From: Tepidisphaera sp.
GTDB lineage: Bacteria > Planctomycetota > Phycisphaerae > Phycisphaerales > UBA1924
Assembly: GCA_050916045.1 (NCBI GenBank)
Contig: CP051526.1
Coordinates: 896,001-960,000 of the forward strand
Direction: 5' to 3'
DNA length: 64,000 nt
Shown here: positions 40,404 to 49,192 of the stretch, in pieces
Position numbering within the stretch: position 1 is the first letter of the stretch
Layout: each line of letters opens with the position of its first letter
Program-made: the position numbers and the translations under genes
Notes under the pieces: model-generated
The model's database searches: none
What the model was told of the DNA's origin: nothing
What the model saw: only the letters and a program-made list of their open reading frames with translations

Positions 40404-40661
40404 ATGAGCATCATGTTCGCGACGGCGGACAAGCCGGGCGCGCTGGTGAGCGTGCTGAAAGTCTTCCAGGACCACGGCGTGAACCTCACGCACATCGACA
40501 AGCGGCCCAGCGGCAAGCAGAACTGGGCGTACACGTTCTTCATCGACGCAGCGGGGCACCGTGAGGACCCGGTGGTGGCGAAAGCAATCGCGGAAGCGAC
40601 GACGCATTGCAACGAGTTGCACGTGCTGGGCAGCTTCCCGAGGAGCAAGCGGATTTTGTGA
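40404..40661 (+). other. duplicate of pheA 3' end (ACT domain); standalone ORF or remnant
   Basis: 258-nt direct repeat of 38770-39027 with ACG->ATG at first codon. Confidence 0.85.
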
Positions 40662-40803
40662 ACGGCTACTGACAGCTCGCGTCTGGGTCCGCGTCATCGG
40701 TTTGGCGCGGGTCTGTTCAGCGGCACGGGATGGGGAAGCCGCCGTTGGGCATCCGACACGTGTGGGATTCCACGGGTGCGGGGGTGCGTGTAGACTCGGT
40801 GCT

Positions 40804-41415
40804 ATGGACGCTTCGGAGAGCCCGACGATCACGATCTTGCTGAAGGAGGGCTTGCCCGAGTCTGATCGGCTGGGGCAGCTTTTGCCGCTGGTGTACGACG
40901 AGCTGAGGCGGGCGGCGCAGCAGTGTCTGAAGGGTGAGCGGGCGGGGCACACGCTTCAGGCGACGGCGTTGGTGCACGAGGCGTACGTGAAGCTTGTGGG
41001 TCCGCGGGAGATTCCGTGGGAGAACCGGGCGCACTTCTATGCGGCGGCGGTGCAGGCGATGCGTCGGATCATGATCGACCATGCTCGGGCGCGGACGGCG
41101 GCGAGCCGTGGGGGTGGGCACGGCGAATCGCTGATGGAAGCGGAGGGCGCTCGGCGGGCGGCGCTGGGGCTTTCGGGGTTGCCAGATCTTGATTCGGCGG
41201 AGGAAGCGGCGGGATTCCTGATCCTCGATGCGGCGGTTGCTCGCTTGGAGGGAGTGGATCCCGAAGCGGCGCAGGTGGTGCGTCTGCGGTACCTTGGCGG
41301 GCTGACGATCGAGCAGACCGCGGAGGCGATGGGAGTCTCCGCGCCGACGGTGAAGCGTTCGTGGGCGTTCGCTCGCGGGTGGCTGAAGGAGGCGATCGAG
41401 TCGGGGCGGGTCTGA
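40804..41415 (+). CDS. ECF-type sigma factor, kinase-associated type
   Basis: LLPLVYDELRR, GHTLQATALVHEAY, AMRRIMIDHAR, TVKRSWAFAR. Confidence 0.92.
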   Translation: MDASESPTITILLKEGLPESDRLGQLLPLVYDELRRAAQQCLKGERAGHTLQATALVHEAYVKLVGPREIPWENRAHFYAAAVQAMRRIMIDHARARTAASRGGGHGESLMEAEGARRAALGLSGLPDLDSAEEAAGFLILDAAVARLEGVDPEAAQVVRLRYLGGLTIEQTAEAMGVSAPTVKRSWAFARGWLKEAIESGRV

Positions 41416-41434
41416 GGCGTTTCAGGAGAGCGGC

Positions 41435-44329
41435 ATGAGCGACGGTCAACACGGGACTCTCCGGCGCATCTTTGATCTCGCGGCGGAAGCGGCTTTGGGC
41501 GAGCGGGCGGGGATTCTTGATCGCGAGTGCGCGGGGCAGCCCGAATTGCGGCGGCGGATCGAAGCGATGCTCGCGGCGGAGGAGGACGAGCAGTTTTTGA
41601 AGAGCCCGACGGCGAAGGGGGGGATCACGCGGGCGGCGGATCTGTCGGGAGGCCGTATCGGGCCTTATTCGTTGGTGCGGCTGCTGGGTGAAGGCGGGTT
41701 CGGGTCGGTGTACCTGGCGGAGCAGTCCGCGCCGATTGCTCGCAAGGTCGCGTTGAAGGTGCTCAAGCCCGGGATGGATTCGCGGGAGGTCTTGGCGAGG
41801 TTCGAGCAGGAGCGGCAGGCTCTGGCGATGATGGATCATCCAAACATCGCCCGCGTGCTCGACGCGGGGACCACCGCCGGCGGCCAGCCGTACGTGGTGA
41901 TGGACCTGGTCGAGGGTGAGCCGCTGGTGGCGTTCTGCGATGCGCGGAGCATTCCGGTGAAGGGACGGCTGGAGCTCATCGTCCAGGTGTGTAGCGCCGT
42001 GCAGCACGCCCACACGAAGGGGATCATCCATCGGGATCTCAAGCCATCCAACGTGCTCGTCTCGATGCAGGACGGGAAGCCGATCGCACGGGTGATTGAT
42101 TTCGGGATCGCCAAAGCGGTGGCGGGCTCGGCCGGGCAGAGGGCGGACCTGACGGAGCAGCAGCAGTTCATCGGAACGCCGGAGTACATGAGCCCCGAGC
42201 AGGCGCGGGGATCGTCGGATCTCGACACGAGAACGGACGTCTACTCGCTGGGCGTGCTGCTTTATGAGTTGCTGACCGGAAGCACGCCGTTTACGGCGAA
42301 GGAGCTGAGGGTCGCGGGGTACGAGGAGATGCAGCGGCTGATCCGGGAGGTGGATCCGCCGAACCCTTCGACCCGCCTGGCGCGATCGGCGGAGCGGCTT
42401 TCGAGCGTGGCTCTGTCCCGCAAGACCGAGCCGCAGCGGCTTTGCGCGACGGTGCGGGGTGAGCTGGACTGGATGGTGATGAAAGCGATCGAAAAGGATC
42501 GCCAGCGCCGGTATGAAAGCCCGAGTGGTCTGGCCGCGGACATCGCGCGGTATCTTTCGGGCGAGCCGGTCGTGGCGGCCCCTCCGGGTGCGGCGTATCG
42601 CGTCAGGAAGTTTGTGCTTCGCAACCGTGTGCTGGTGTCCGCGGGGGTCATCGCGGCGGGCGGGCTGATGCTCGGCGCGGCCGGGTTCGCGTGGCAGGCT
42701 TCGGTGGCGCGGGCCGAACGCGACACGGCCAAGCTTGACCGTGATCGCGCGGTCAGGGCGGAGGAAGAGAGCAAGAAGCGAGCGGATGAGCTCGAAAAGG
42801 TCTCGGAGTTTCAGTCGCGGATGATCGTGCAGGTCGATCCGTCGCGTGCGGGCGTCATGCTGACTGATGATGTGGGGTCCAGGCTTGACAGCGCCCTTGA
42901 GAAAGCCGGCATGGCGAAGGGGGAGCGCGACGCGCGGGTCGGCGCGTTCATGGAGCTTTGGGGCAAGGTGAACGCGACCGACGCGGCGCGGACGCTGATC
43001 GACGGAACGATTCTGTCGCCGGCGGTCAAGGCGATCGACGAGCAGTTCAAGGATGAGCCGGCGATCGACGCGGCTTTGCGGCACGCTCTGGCGGATGTCT
43101 ACGACACCATCGGGATGCGTGATGCGGCGATGCCGCTGGCGGTGCGGGCGCTGGAGATTCGCCGGCGCGTGCTGGGCGATGATGCGCCCGCGACGCTCAA
43201 CTCGATCAACAACCTCGGGTATCTGCTTCAGGTTCAGGGAAAGTTCAAGGAGGCTGACCCGTTGATCCGGGAGGTGCTTGAGCGCAAGCGTCGCGTGCTC
43301 GGCGAGGACCACCTTGAGACCATCGTGTCCATCAACAACATGGGCTCGCAGATGTGGTACTTGGGGGAACTCGAGGAGTGCGAGAAGCACTACCGGGAAG
43401 GGCTTGAGCGGGCACGGCGCACGCTCGGCGACGGGCACGAGATCACGATGCGCTCGGTGCAGATGGTCGCGATGGTGCTGCGTGAGCGCCGGCTTCTTCC
43501 GCAGGCGGAGGAATTGCTCCGCGAAACGAAGGACCGGAGCGTGAGGTCGCTCGGCCCCGATCACCAGACGACGATCAGGGCGACGCTGCACCTGGCGTCA
43601 ACGGTGCGGGACGCCGGTCGCCTCGCCGAGGCGGAAGAGCTGCTGCGCGACGCTTCCGAACGCGCGACGCGCACGCTCGGGACATCGCATCCGCTGACGA
43701 TCGAAGCCCGAGGAAACCTCGGAGCCAACCTGAGCGACCAGGGCAAGTATGGAGAGGCCGAGCCGATCCTTCGCGAGATGTACGAGAACAGCCGGCGGAG
43801 CCTAGGCGAGGATGACCTCAACACCTTCCTGCTCGGGATGGATGTGGCCGAGCTGCTCATGGCGAAGCGGGAATTCGCGGAGGCGGAGCCGATCGCACGC
43901 GACGTACTGGAGCGTCGCCGACGCGCGATCGGTGCCGCGCATCCGGTCACGCTCGTCACAGCCACCACGTTGGCTCGGATTCTCAACGAGCTTGGACGTC
44001 ACAGCGATGCCGAGGCGCTGCTGACGGCGGACGAACCCGGCGCCCGCAAGGCGCTCATCGGAGATAGCGCGGTGCACCTTGGGCCGTTGCTGCTGGAGGC
44101 GGGTCGTGCTCGGGCGGGGGCGGGGAAGTTTGCGGAGGCCGAGGTGATGCTCCTTGAGGCGCACGCTTCCTCGCTTGCGACACGCCCGGCGGGGCATCGT
44201 GATCTCCAGCGTGCCGCGAAGACCTTGGCCGAGATGTACTCGGCGTGGGCTGTCGCCGCTCCGGGGAAGGAGCACGAAGCGAAGGCGACGGAATGGACCG
44301 GTCGTGCGGCTGAGACCTCGCCGAAGTAA
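41435..44329 (+). CDS. membrane Ser/Thr protein kinase with TPR repeats
   Basis: GEGGFGSV, VALK, HRDLKPSN, DFG, GTPEYMSPEQ, TM, LGEDH-type TPRs. Confidence 0.95.
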   Translation: MSDGQHGTLRRIFDLAAEAALGERAGILDRECAGQPELRRRIEAMLAAEEDEQFLKSPTAKGGITRAADLSGGRIGPYSLVRLLGEGGFGSVYLAEQSAPIARKVALKVLKPGMDSREVLARFEQERQALAMMDHPNIARVLDAGTTAGGQPYVVMDLVEGEPLVAFCDARSIPVKGRLELIVQVCSAVQHAHTKGIIHRDLKPSNVLVSMQDGKPIARVIDFGIAKAVAGSAGQRADLTEQQQFIGTPEYMSPEQARGSSDLDTRTDVYSLGVLLYELLTGSTPFTAKELRVAGYEEMQRLIREVDPPNPSTRLARSAERLSSVALSRKTEPQRLCATVRGELDWMVMKAIEKDRQRRYESPSGLAADIARYLSGEPVVAAPPGAAYRVRKFVLRNRVLVSAGVIAAGGLMLGAAGFAWQASVARAERDTAKLDRDRAVRAEEESKKRADELEKVSEFQSRMIVQVDPSRAGVMLTDDVGSRLDSALEKAGMAKGERDARVGAFMELWGKVNATDAARTLIDGTILSPAVKAIDEQFKDEPAIDAALRHALADVYDTIGMRDAAMPLAVRALEIRRRVLGDDAPATLNSINNLGYLLQVQGKFKEADPLIREVLERKRRVLGEDHLETIVSINNMGSQMWYLGELEECEKHYREGLERARRTLGDGHEITMRSVQMVAMVLRERRLLPQAEELLRETKDRSVRSLGPDHQTTIRATLHLASTVRDAGRLAEAEELLRDASERATRTLGTSHPLTIEARGNLGANLSDQGKYGEAEPILREMYENSRRSLGEDDLNTFLLGMDVAELLMAKREFAEAEPIARDVLERRRRAIGAAHPVTLVTATTLARILNELGRHSDAEALLTADEPGARKALIGDSAVHLGPLLLEAGRARAGAGKFAEAEVMLLEAHASSLATRPAGHRDLQRAAKTLAEMYSAWAVAAPGKEHEAKATEWTGRAAETSPK

Positions 44330-44366
44330 GCGGGACGTGCCCTGATTGGACGAAACTTCGTGGGCG

Positions 44367-44391
44367 GCTCCGCAGGAATGCGGGGCTTTTT
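44367..44391 (+). terminator. rho-independent terminator
   Basis: gctccgca-ggaa-tgcggggc followed by ttttt. Confidence 0.55.
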
Positions 44392-44588
44392 CTGCTGAGA
44401 AGTCCGCGGTGTTCGGGACGTGTTTGCATTCGATCCGAACGGGGAACGGGGATTTGTGATCCACGATTCGCGCAGGTTCCGCTTGAAGCGTGAGGTCACG
44501 GACTCGTGCGGCACCGTGCTGCGGGATCTGCGGCTTGAAAACGGGAAGGGTCCTCGCTGAGCGGGCCATTTGAAGGATCGGAGTCTTT

Positions 44589-47500
44589 ATGTTCCAGAAG
44601 CCCCAAATTCAGTTCACTTCGCGGGCGGGTGGTGTCGTGGGAACGGCGGTTGCGGCTTTCACCATGGTCGTCGGCCTCGCGGGCGGTGCGGCGCGGGTTC
44701 AGGCGCAGTGCCAGGATTCGAGCCACGGCGCGTGCCGGCACGGGCTGGGGCTTTTGTCGGGGTCGACGTTCGGGTCGGGCTTCGGCGCGGGCGTGGGCTT
44801 GGACGGTCCGGGCGATGTCGGCTTGAGCTTGCTGTCCGAGCCGAGGATGAACCGGCTCTGGGCGGACCAGCCGCAGTTCTGCTTCGATGCCGGCACGGTG
44901 CTCACGCCGGAACTGATGGCCCGGTACAACATGCAGCTTGGGATCGCGCCGGGCTTTGGTGATCGGTTCTTCACGTACAACAGCTGGGCGTGGAATGCGA
45001 ACGAGGGTGCCTCGGTCACGTGGAGTCTTGTGCCCGACGGCACGCCCCTCGGGGACGGTTACACCAGTTCGCTCTTTGCGATGATGGACTCGAAGTTCGG
45101 CGGGAATCGCGAATTGTGGGTCGGGTACATCCGGTCGAGTTTCGAGGCGATCTCCCGGGTGTGCGGCGCGAGATTTCAGGAGGTCTCCGATGACGGAGCG
45201 TCGTGGCCCGACAGCCACAGTTGGAACGGGCCCCGCGGCGACATCCGGATCTCGGCTTCGCCCATCGACGGCCGGAGCAACACCCTGGCTTACGCCTATT
45301 TCCCGCAGAATGGAGATGTGCGGCTTGACACTGCCGAGCGATGGGAGAACTTCGCGGACTCGTACAGGTTCTTCAGGAACGTGTTCACGCATGAGCTGGG
45401 TCACTCGATGGGCCTGAGTCACTCGTGCCCGAACAACCAGACCAAGCTCATGGAGCCCTTCTACAGCGCGAGCATCGATATCTTGCAGCACGATGACATC
45501 CTCGGGCTGCAATCGCTTTACGGCGATGCTCAGGAACCGAACGACTCCGCGAATCGCGCGACCGTGTTCCAGTCTCAGCAGAACACCTCGCTCGAGTTCT
45601 TCTCGTACGGGCAGGTCGCGAACACTGCGACGGCGTCGGTTGTCCCGGGCGATCAGGACTGGACAAAGTCCACGCTTGTGGCGAGCATGCCGGTGACGTT
45701 CTCCGCGAGGCCCGTCGGACGCTCGTACGACACCAGCCAGCAGAACCCCGACGGCTCGTGCGGATCAGGGAACGTCGTGAACTCTCTGGCTCAGACGGGT
45801 CTTCGCGTCGAGATCCGGGATGCTTCGGGCAACGTGCTCGCGGCTTCGCAGGGCGGGCCCGGGCAGTGGGTGACGGTGTCCGCGCAGGTTCCGCAGGGGG
45901 ATTACTACTCGGTGGTCAAGCCTGTGTTGGCGGCGTTTGACATCCCGCAGATGTACACGCTCACGCGGACGATCGGCGCGCCGCAAGCCCCCGCGAACGA
46001 TCGGTGGTTCGAGGGGATTCTGCTCGGCCAGATGCCCTACGGCATGATCATCAACGGCACGACGATCGGCGCGACCACGGACGGCTCGGCGACGTTCCAA
46101 CCCGGCGGCACCCTGGGCACGCAGGACGTCTACTACAACTTCACCCCCTGGGACGGTCCCGGACGAATCCGCATCACCGCCACGGGCGGCAGCAACAATC
46201 TGATTTCGGTTCACCGTCTGGGCAACTCGGCACCCTCGCCGCAGAACCAGTGGTTCCCGATCAATCAGAACCAGAACAACGGGTTCGGCGGCGTGCTCGA
46301 GGTGAACATCAATGACTTCAGCGACTGCATCATCCGTGTGGCGGTCGCTCCGGGTGGTACGCCCGGCCCGCACACGCTCTCGGTCCGGTACATGGATGGG
46401 CCGACCAACGACTCCTGCCAGACGCCGGTGGACATCACCACCGGGACCTACAACGGGACGACGATCTATGCCCGTCCGGAGCCCACACCGTACCCGGCGT
46501 CGTGTACAACCGACACCTTCACGCTGCCCTGGGGCGCTTGGTACAGGTTCACGGCTCCGTCCGAGGGCACGCTCGGGCTGAGCGTGTGCAACGCTCAGAA
46601 CACCATCATGGGCGTCTACGACGGCTGCCCTGAGAGCGGCGGCAATCTCATCGCATGCAACGACAACGCTCCTTCGTGCGGGAACGGCGGCTCGGCTTTG
46701 TCGATCCCCGTCGTCGGTGGGCGGCAGTATCTTGTCCGAGTGTCGCACTTTCAGAATCTGTCGGGGCCGTTCCAACTGAACGTCGCATTCAACCGCGACG
46801 GGGACTCATGTGAGAGCGCCCTGCCCATCGCCGGGGGCGAGACGCCGTTCTCGAATGTGGGCTATACGAGCGACGGCTCCACGTGCTTCAGTGGCTCTGA
46901 TCGCTGGTACCTGTACACCGCCACGGGGTACTCGACCGTGACGGCGACCACGTGTGGGAACGCGAACTTTGACACGACGCTCGCCGCGTGGAACGCCTGC
47001 TCGTCGCAGGGGGGCGTGTTGGTCACGTGCAACGACGATGCGTGCGGCCTGCAATCGTCGATCTCGTTCCGGAGCTTCCCGGGGCAGCAGTTCCTGATCG
47101 CCGCGGGCGGGTACAACGGCTCGCAGGGTAGCGGGACGATCAGGATCAGCGAGACGCCCATCCCGGGCGAGACCTGCACGTCGGCCATCGTTGTGGCGGC
47201 CGGTTCGATCCCCTTCAACACGGTCGGGCGCTACACCGACGGTCCCGCGGAGCCCAACTGCAACTTCTGCTGCGATGACCCGCAGATCCATGGTGACATG
47301 TGGTACGCGTACCTCGCGACGGGGACGGGCACGCTGACGGTTTCGACCTGCGAAGCCGACTATGACTCGAAGCTCGCCGCGTACTCGGCTTGCCCGGTCG
47401 GCGACGGCGAAGCGATCGCGTGTGCGGACGATGAATGCGGGTTGCGGTCGCGGATGTCCTTCCCGGTCGTCGAGGGCGAGAACTACCTCATTCGCGTCGG

Positions 47501-47732
47501 AGGGTTCGGCGGATCGACCGGCTCGGGGACGCTGACGATCGGCTTTGCTTCGGCGTGCCCGGCGGACTTCAACGGCGATGGATTCCTGGACTTCTTTGAC
47601 TACGACGACTTTGTCGGGTGCTACGAGACCGGCGTCTGCCCGCCGGGCAAGACCGCGGACTTCAACGGCGACGAGTTCGTGGACTTCTTCGACTACGACG
47701 ATTTCGTCGGGGCGTTCGAGACGGGCTGCTGA
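44589..47732 (+). CDS. secreted matrixin-like zinc metalloprotease with Cys-rich repeats and GC-type dockerin tail
   Basis: HELGHSMGLSH, LMEP Met-turn, repeated (N/G)D.C...WY...CNDD modules, terminal ADFNGD x2 ...ETGC. Confidence 0.88.
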   Translation: MFQKPQIQFTSRAGGVVGTAVAAFTMVVGLAGGAARVQAQCQDSSHGACRHGLGLLSGSTFGSGFGAGVGLDGPGDVGLSLLSEPRMNRLWADQPQFCFDAGTVLTPELMARYNMQLGIAPGFGDRFFTYNSWAWNANEGASVTWSLVPDGTPLGDGYTSSLFAMMDSKFGGNRELWVGYIRSSFEAISRVCGARFQEVSDDGASWPDSHSWNGPRGDIRISASPIDGRSNTLAYAYFPQNGDVRLDTAERWENFADSYRFFRNVFTHELGHSMGLSHSCPNNQTKLMEPFYSASIDILQHDDILGLQSLYGDAQEPNDSANRATVFQSQQNTSLEFFSYGQVANTATASVVPGDQDWTKSTLVASMPVTFSARPVGRSYDTSQQNPDGSCGSGNVVNSLAQTGLRVEIRDASGNVLAASQGGPGQWVTVSAQVPQGDYYSVVKPVLAAFDIPQMYTLTRTIGAPQAPANDRWFEGILLGQMPYGMIINGTTIGATTDGSATFQPGGTLGTQDVYYNFTPWDGPGRIRITATGGSNNLISVHRLGNSAPSPQNQWFPINQNQNNGFGGVLEVNINDFSDCIIRVAVAPGGTPGPHTLSVRYMDGPTNDSCQTPVDITTGTYNGTTIYARPEPTPYPASCTTDTFTLPWGAWYRFTAPSEGTLGLSVCNAQNTIMGVYDGCPESGGNLIACNDNAPSCGNGGSALSIPVVGGRQYLVRVSHFQNLSGPFQLNVAFNRDGDSCESALPIAGGETPFSNVGYTSDGSTCFSGSDRWYLYTATGYSTVTATTCGNANFDTTLAAWNACSSQGGVLVTCNDDACGLQSSISFRSFPGQQFLIAAGGYNGSQGSGTIRISETPIPGETCTSAIVVAAGSIPFNTVGRYTDGPAEPNCNFCCDDPQIHGDMWYAYLATGTGTLTVSTCEADYDSKLAAYSACPVGDGEAIACADDECGLRSRMSFPVVEGENYLIRVGGFGGSTGSGTLTIGFASACPADFNGDGFLDFFDYDDFVGCYETGVCPPGKTADFNGDEFVDFFDYDDFVGAFETGC

Positions 47733-47759
47733 GGATTGCTTCAACAAAGGTCGAACCGA

Positions 47760-47791
47760 GAACCCCCGCGAGAGCGGGGGTTCTTCGTTTT
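47760..47791. terminator. terminator
   Basis: gaacccccgc-gaga-gcgggggttc ttcgtttt. Confidence 0.7.
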
Positions 47792-47816
47792 GAGCCCGGC
47801 CGCCCGGTGTCTGCGG

Positions 47817-49097
47817 TTACCCCGCGATTGCGTCTTCGAGTTCGAACCACACCTGGATCCCCACAAAGGTGAGTGGGAACTCGATCTCAAGCCGGTACCG
47901 CTCGAAGTCGTCCGGTGTCCAACCCAGAAGCTGCATCGAACGAGCGAACATCGGGAGAAACGCGTCCGCTCGTGCGGTCCCGCGTCGTGAAAGCCCCCGC
48001 CCCATCGGCACGAACCGCGACGTCGTTTCCAGCAGCTCGCGGCCGTCCCGCGGGGGGCCGGCGATCGGGTCCGGAACTCTGAACGGGTCCATCGAGAACT
48101 TCACTTCCGGCCCGCGGCTTCGAAGGGCGTCATGCCACACCAGGACGTCGAGCACGAACAGCTTCGTGGGCCGCCGGACCGTGTAGTTGGTGCACGCGTA
48201 GTGATAGCGAGCCGACTTGGTCCGTTCAATGAAGTCCACGCTCTTGACCCCGTGCGCCACGCTCGAAGGGCGGTCGAGCGGCGGCTGCTCGCGCTCCCAC
48301 CAGAGGAGATAGTGCAGCGCGGCGCGGTCGATGCGCAACTGATCGGTCGCTCCGGAACAGAACTCGGGCAGGAGAGCGATCCGCGGGTCGTCGCTGATGG
48401 GTTCGCCTCCGAGCGTCACGCGTGTCGGCGGCCCGGGTGAAAGCGGCGAGCCATACACCCCGGACACCGTGATCGGCGGCCCCGGCCGCAACCGACGCAT
48501 CCCGATGGATCCGTTCAGCATCGCCTGATGAAGCCGGTCGGCCGTCGTGCCCGGCCCGAGGAACAGCCCGTGCACCGCGGCGTCGACCGAGATCCCCTGC
48601 AAGTAGCTCGACGCGTTGAAGGCCGCCCGGCGAGCCGCCCGTTCCGCCCGTGCTCGCGCCGGGTTGCCCTCTCCTTCGCTTCCGGCTTCGGTCACGAAGC
48701 CCGCGAGTGACGCACTGAGCCCTGACCGTCCTCCGGGGAACGCCCAGACGGCGCCTTCCAGCTTTCCGATGGCTTCCCGAGCCTCGGTGATGAGGAGCGC
48801 CCGGGCACGTTGAGCTTCACAGGCGTCCACCACGCGAGCCAGGCCTTCCGCGGTCGGGAACTCCCTCAGCGCCGTCGCCGCGTCCGCCCCGCGCATGCCG
48901 CGCACAACGCGGCTGGCCGTGGACTTGTCGAGGCCGAGGGGACCGGTCAGATCGCGAACGCGAGGCGAGTGGTACCCGATCGATCCAAGTAGTTTCCCCA
49001 GTGCAGTTCGAAGCTGCGCCGCGAGACCGAGCAGTTGTTCGAGTTGGTTGGTGCTCAAGCTGAAGCTTATCGGTGCATTTCGGTCTGTCGCGAACAA
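47817..49097 (-). CDS. hypothetical protein with N-terminal HTH-like motif (putative regulator)
   Basis: RDLTGPLGLDKSTASRVVR HTH-like segment; divergent from dockerin-tailed gene; start uncertain. Confidence 0.6.
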   Translation of the reverse strand: MFATDRNAPISFSLSTNQLEQLLGLAAQLRTALGKLLGSIGYHSPRVRDLTGPLGLDKSTASRVVRGMRGADAATALREFPTAEGLARVVDACEAQRARALLITEAREAIGKLEGAVWAFPGGRSGLSASLAGFVTEAGSEGEGNPARARAERAARRAAFNASSYLQGISVDAAVHGLFLGPGTTADRLHQAMLNGSIGMRRLRPGPPITVSGVYGSPLSPGPPTRVTLGGEPISDDPRIALLPEFCSGATDQLRIDRAALHYLLWWEREQPPLDRPSSVAHGVKSVDFIERTKSARYHYACTNYTVRRPTKLFVLDVLVWHDALRSRGPEVKFSMDPFRVPDPIAGPPRDGRELLETTSRFVPMGRGLSRRGTARADAFLPMFARSMQLLGWTPDDFERYRLEIEFPLTFVGIQVWFELEDAIAG

Positions 49098-49111
49098 AAA
49101 GTCTCCGAAAG

Positions 49112-49130
49112 AGATTCTCTGAGAGAATCT
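49112..49130. promoter_or_regulatory. palindromic operator candidate
   Basis: AGATTCTCT-G-AGAGAATCT perfect inverted repeat in divergent intergenic region. Confidence 0.5.
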
Positions 49131-49192
49131 TTTTGGAGGGTGCCGACGAATGTTCTTCCGCGTGACCCTTACCCCTGTTGAGGAAACAGACC

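Noticed and set aside
38770..40661. DGR template/variable repeat or prophage att sites for the pheA duplicate
   Set aside because: Differences are mostly third-position and not adenine-specific; no RT, integrase or phage genes
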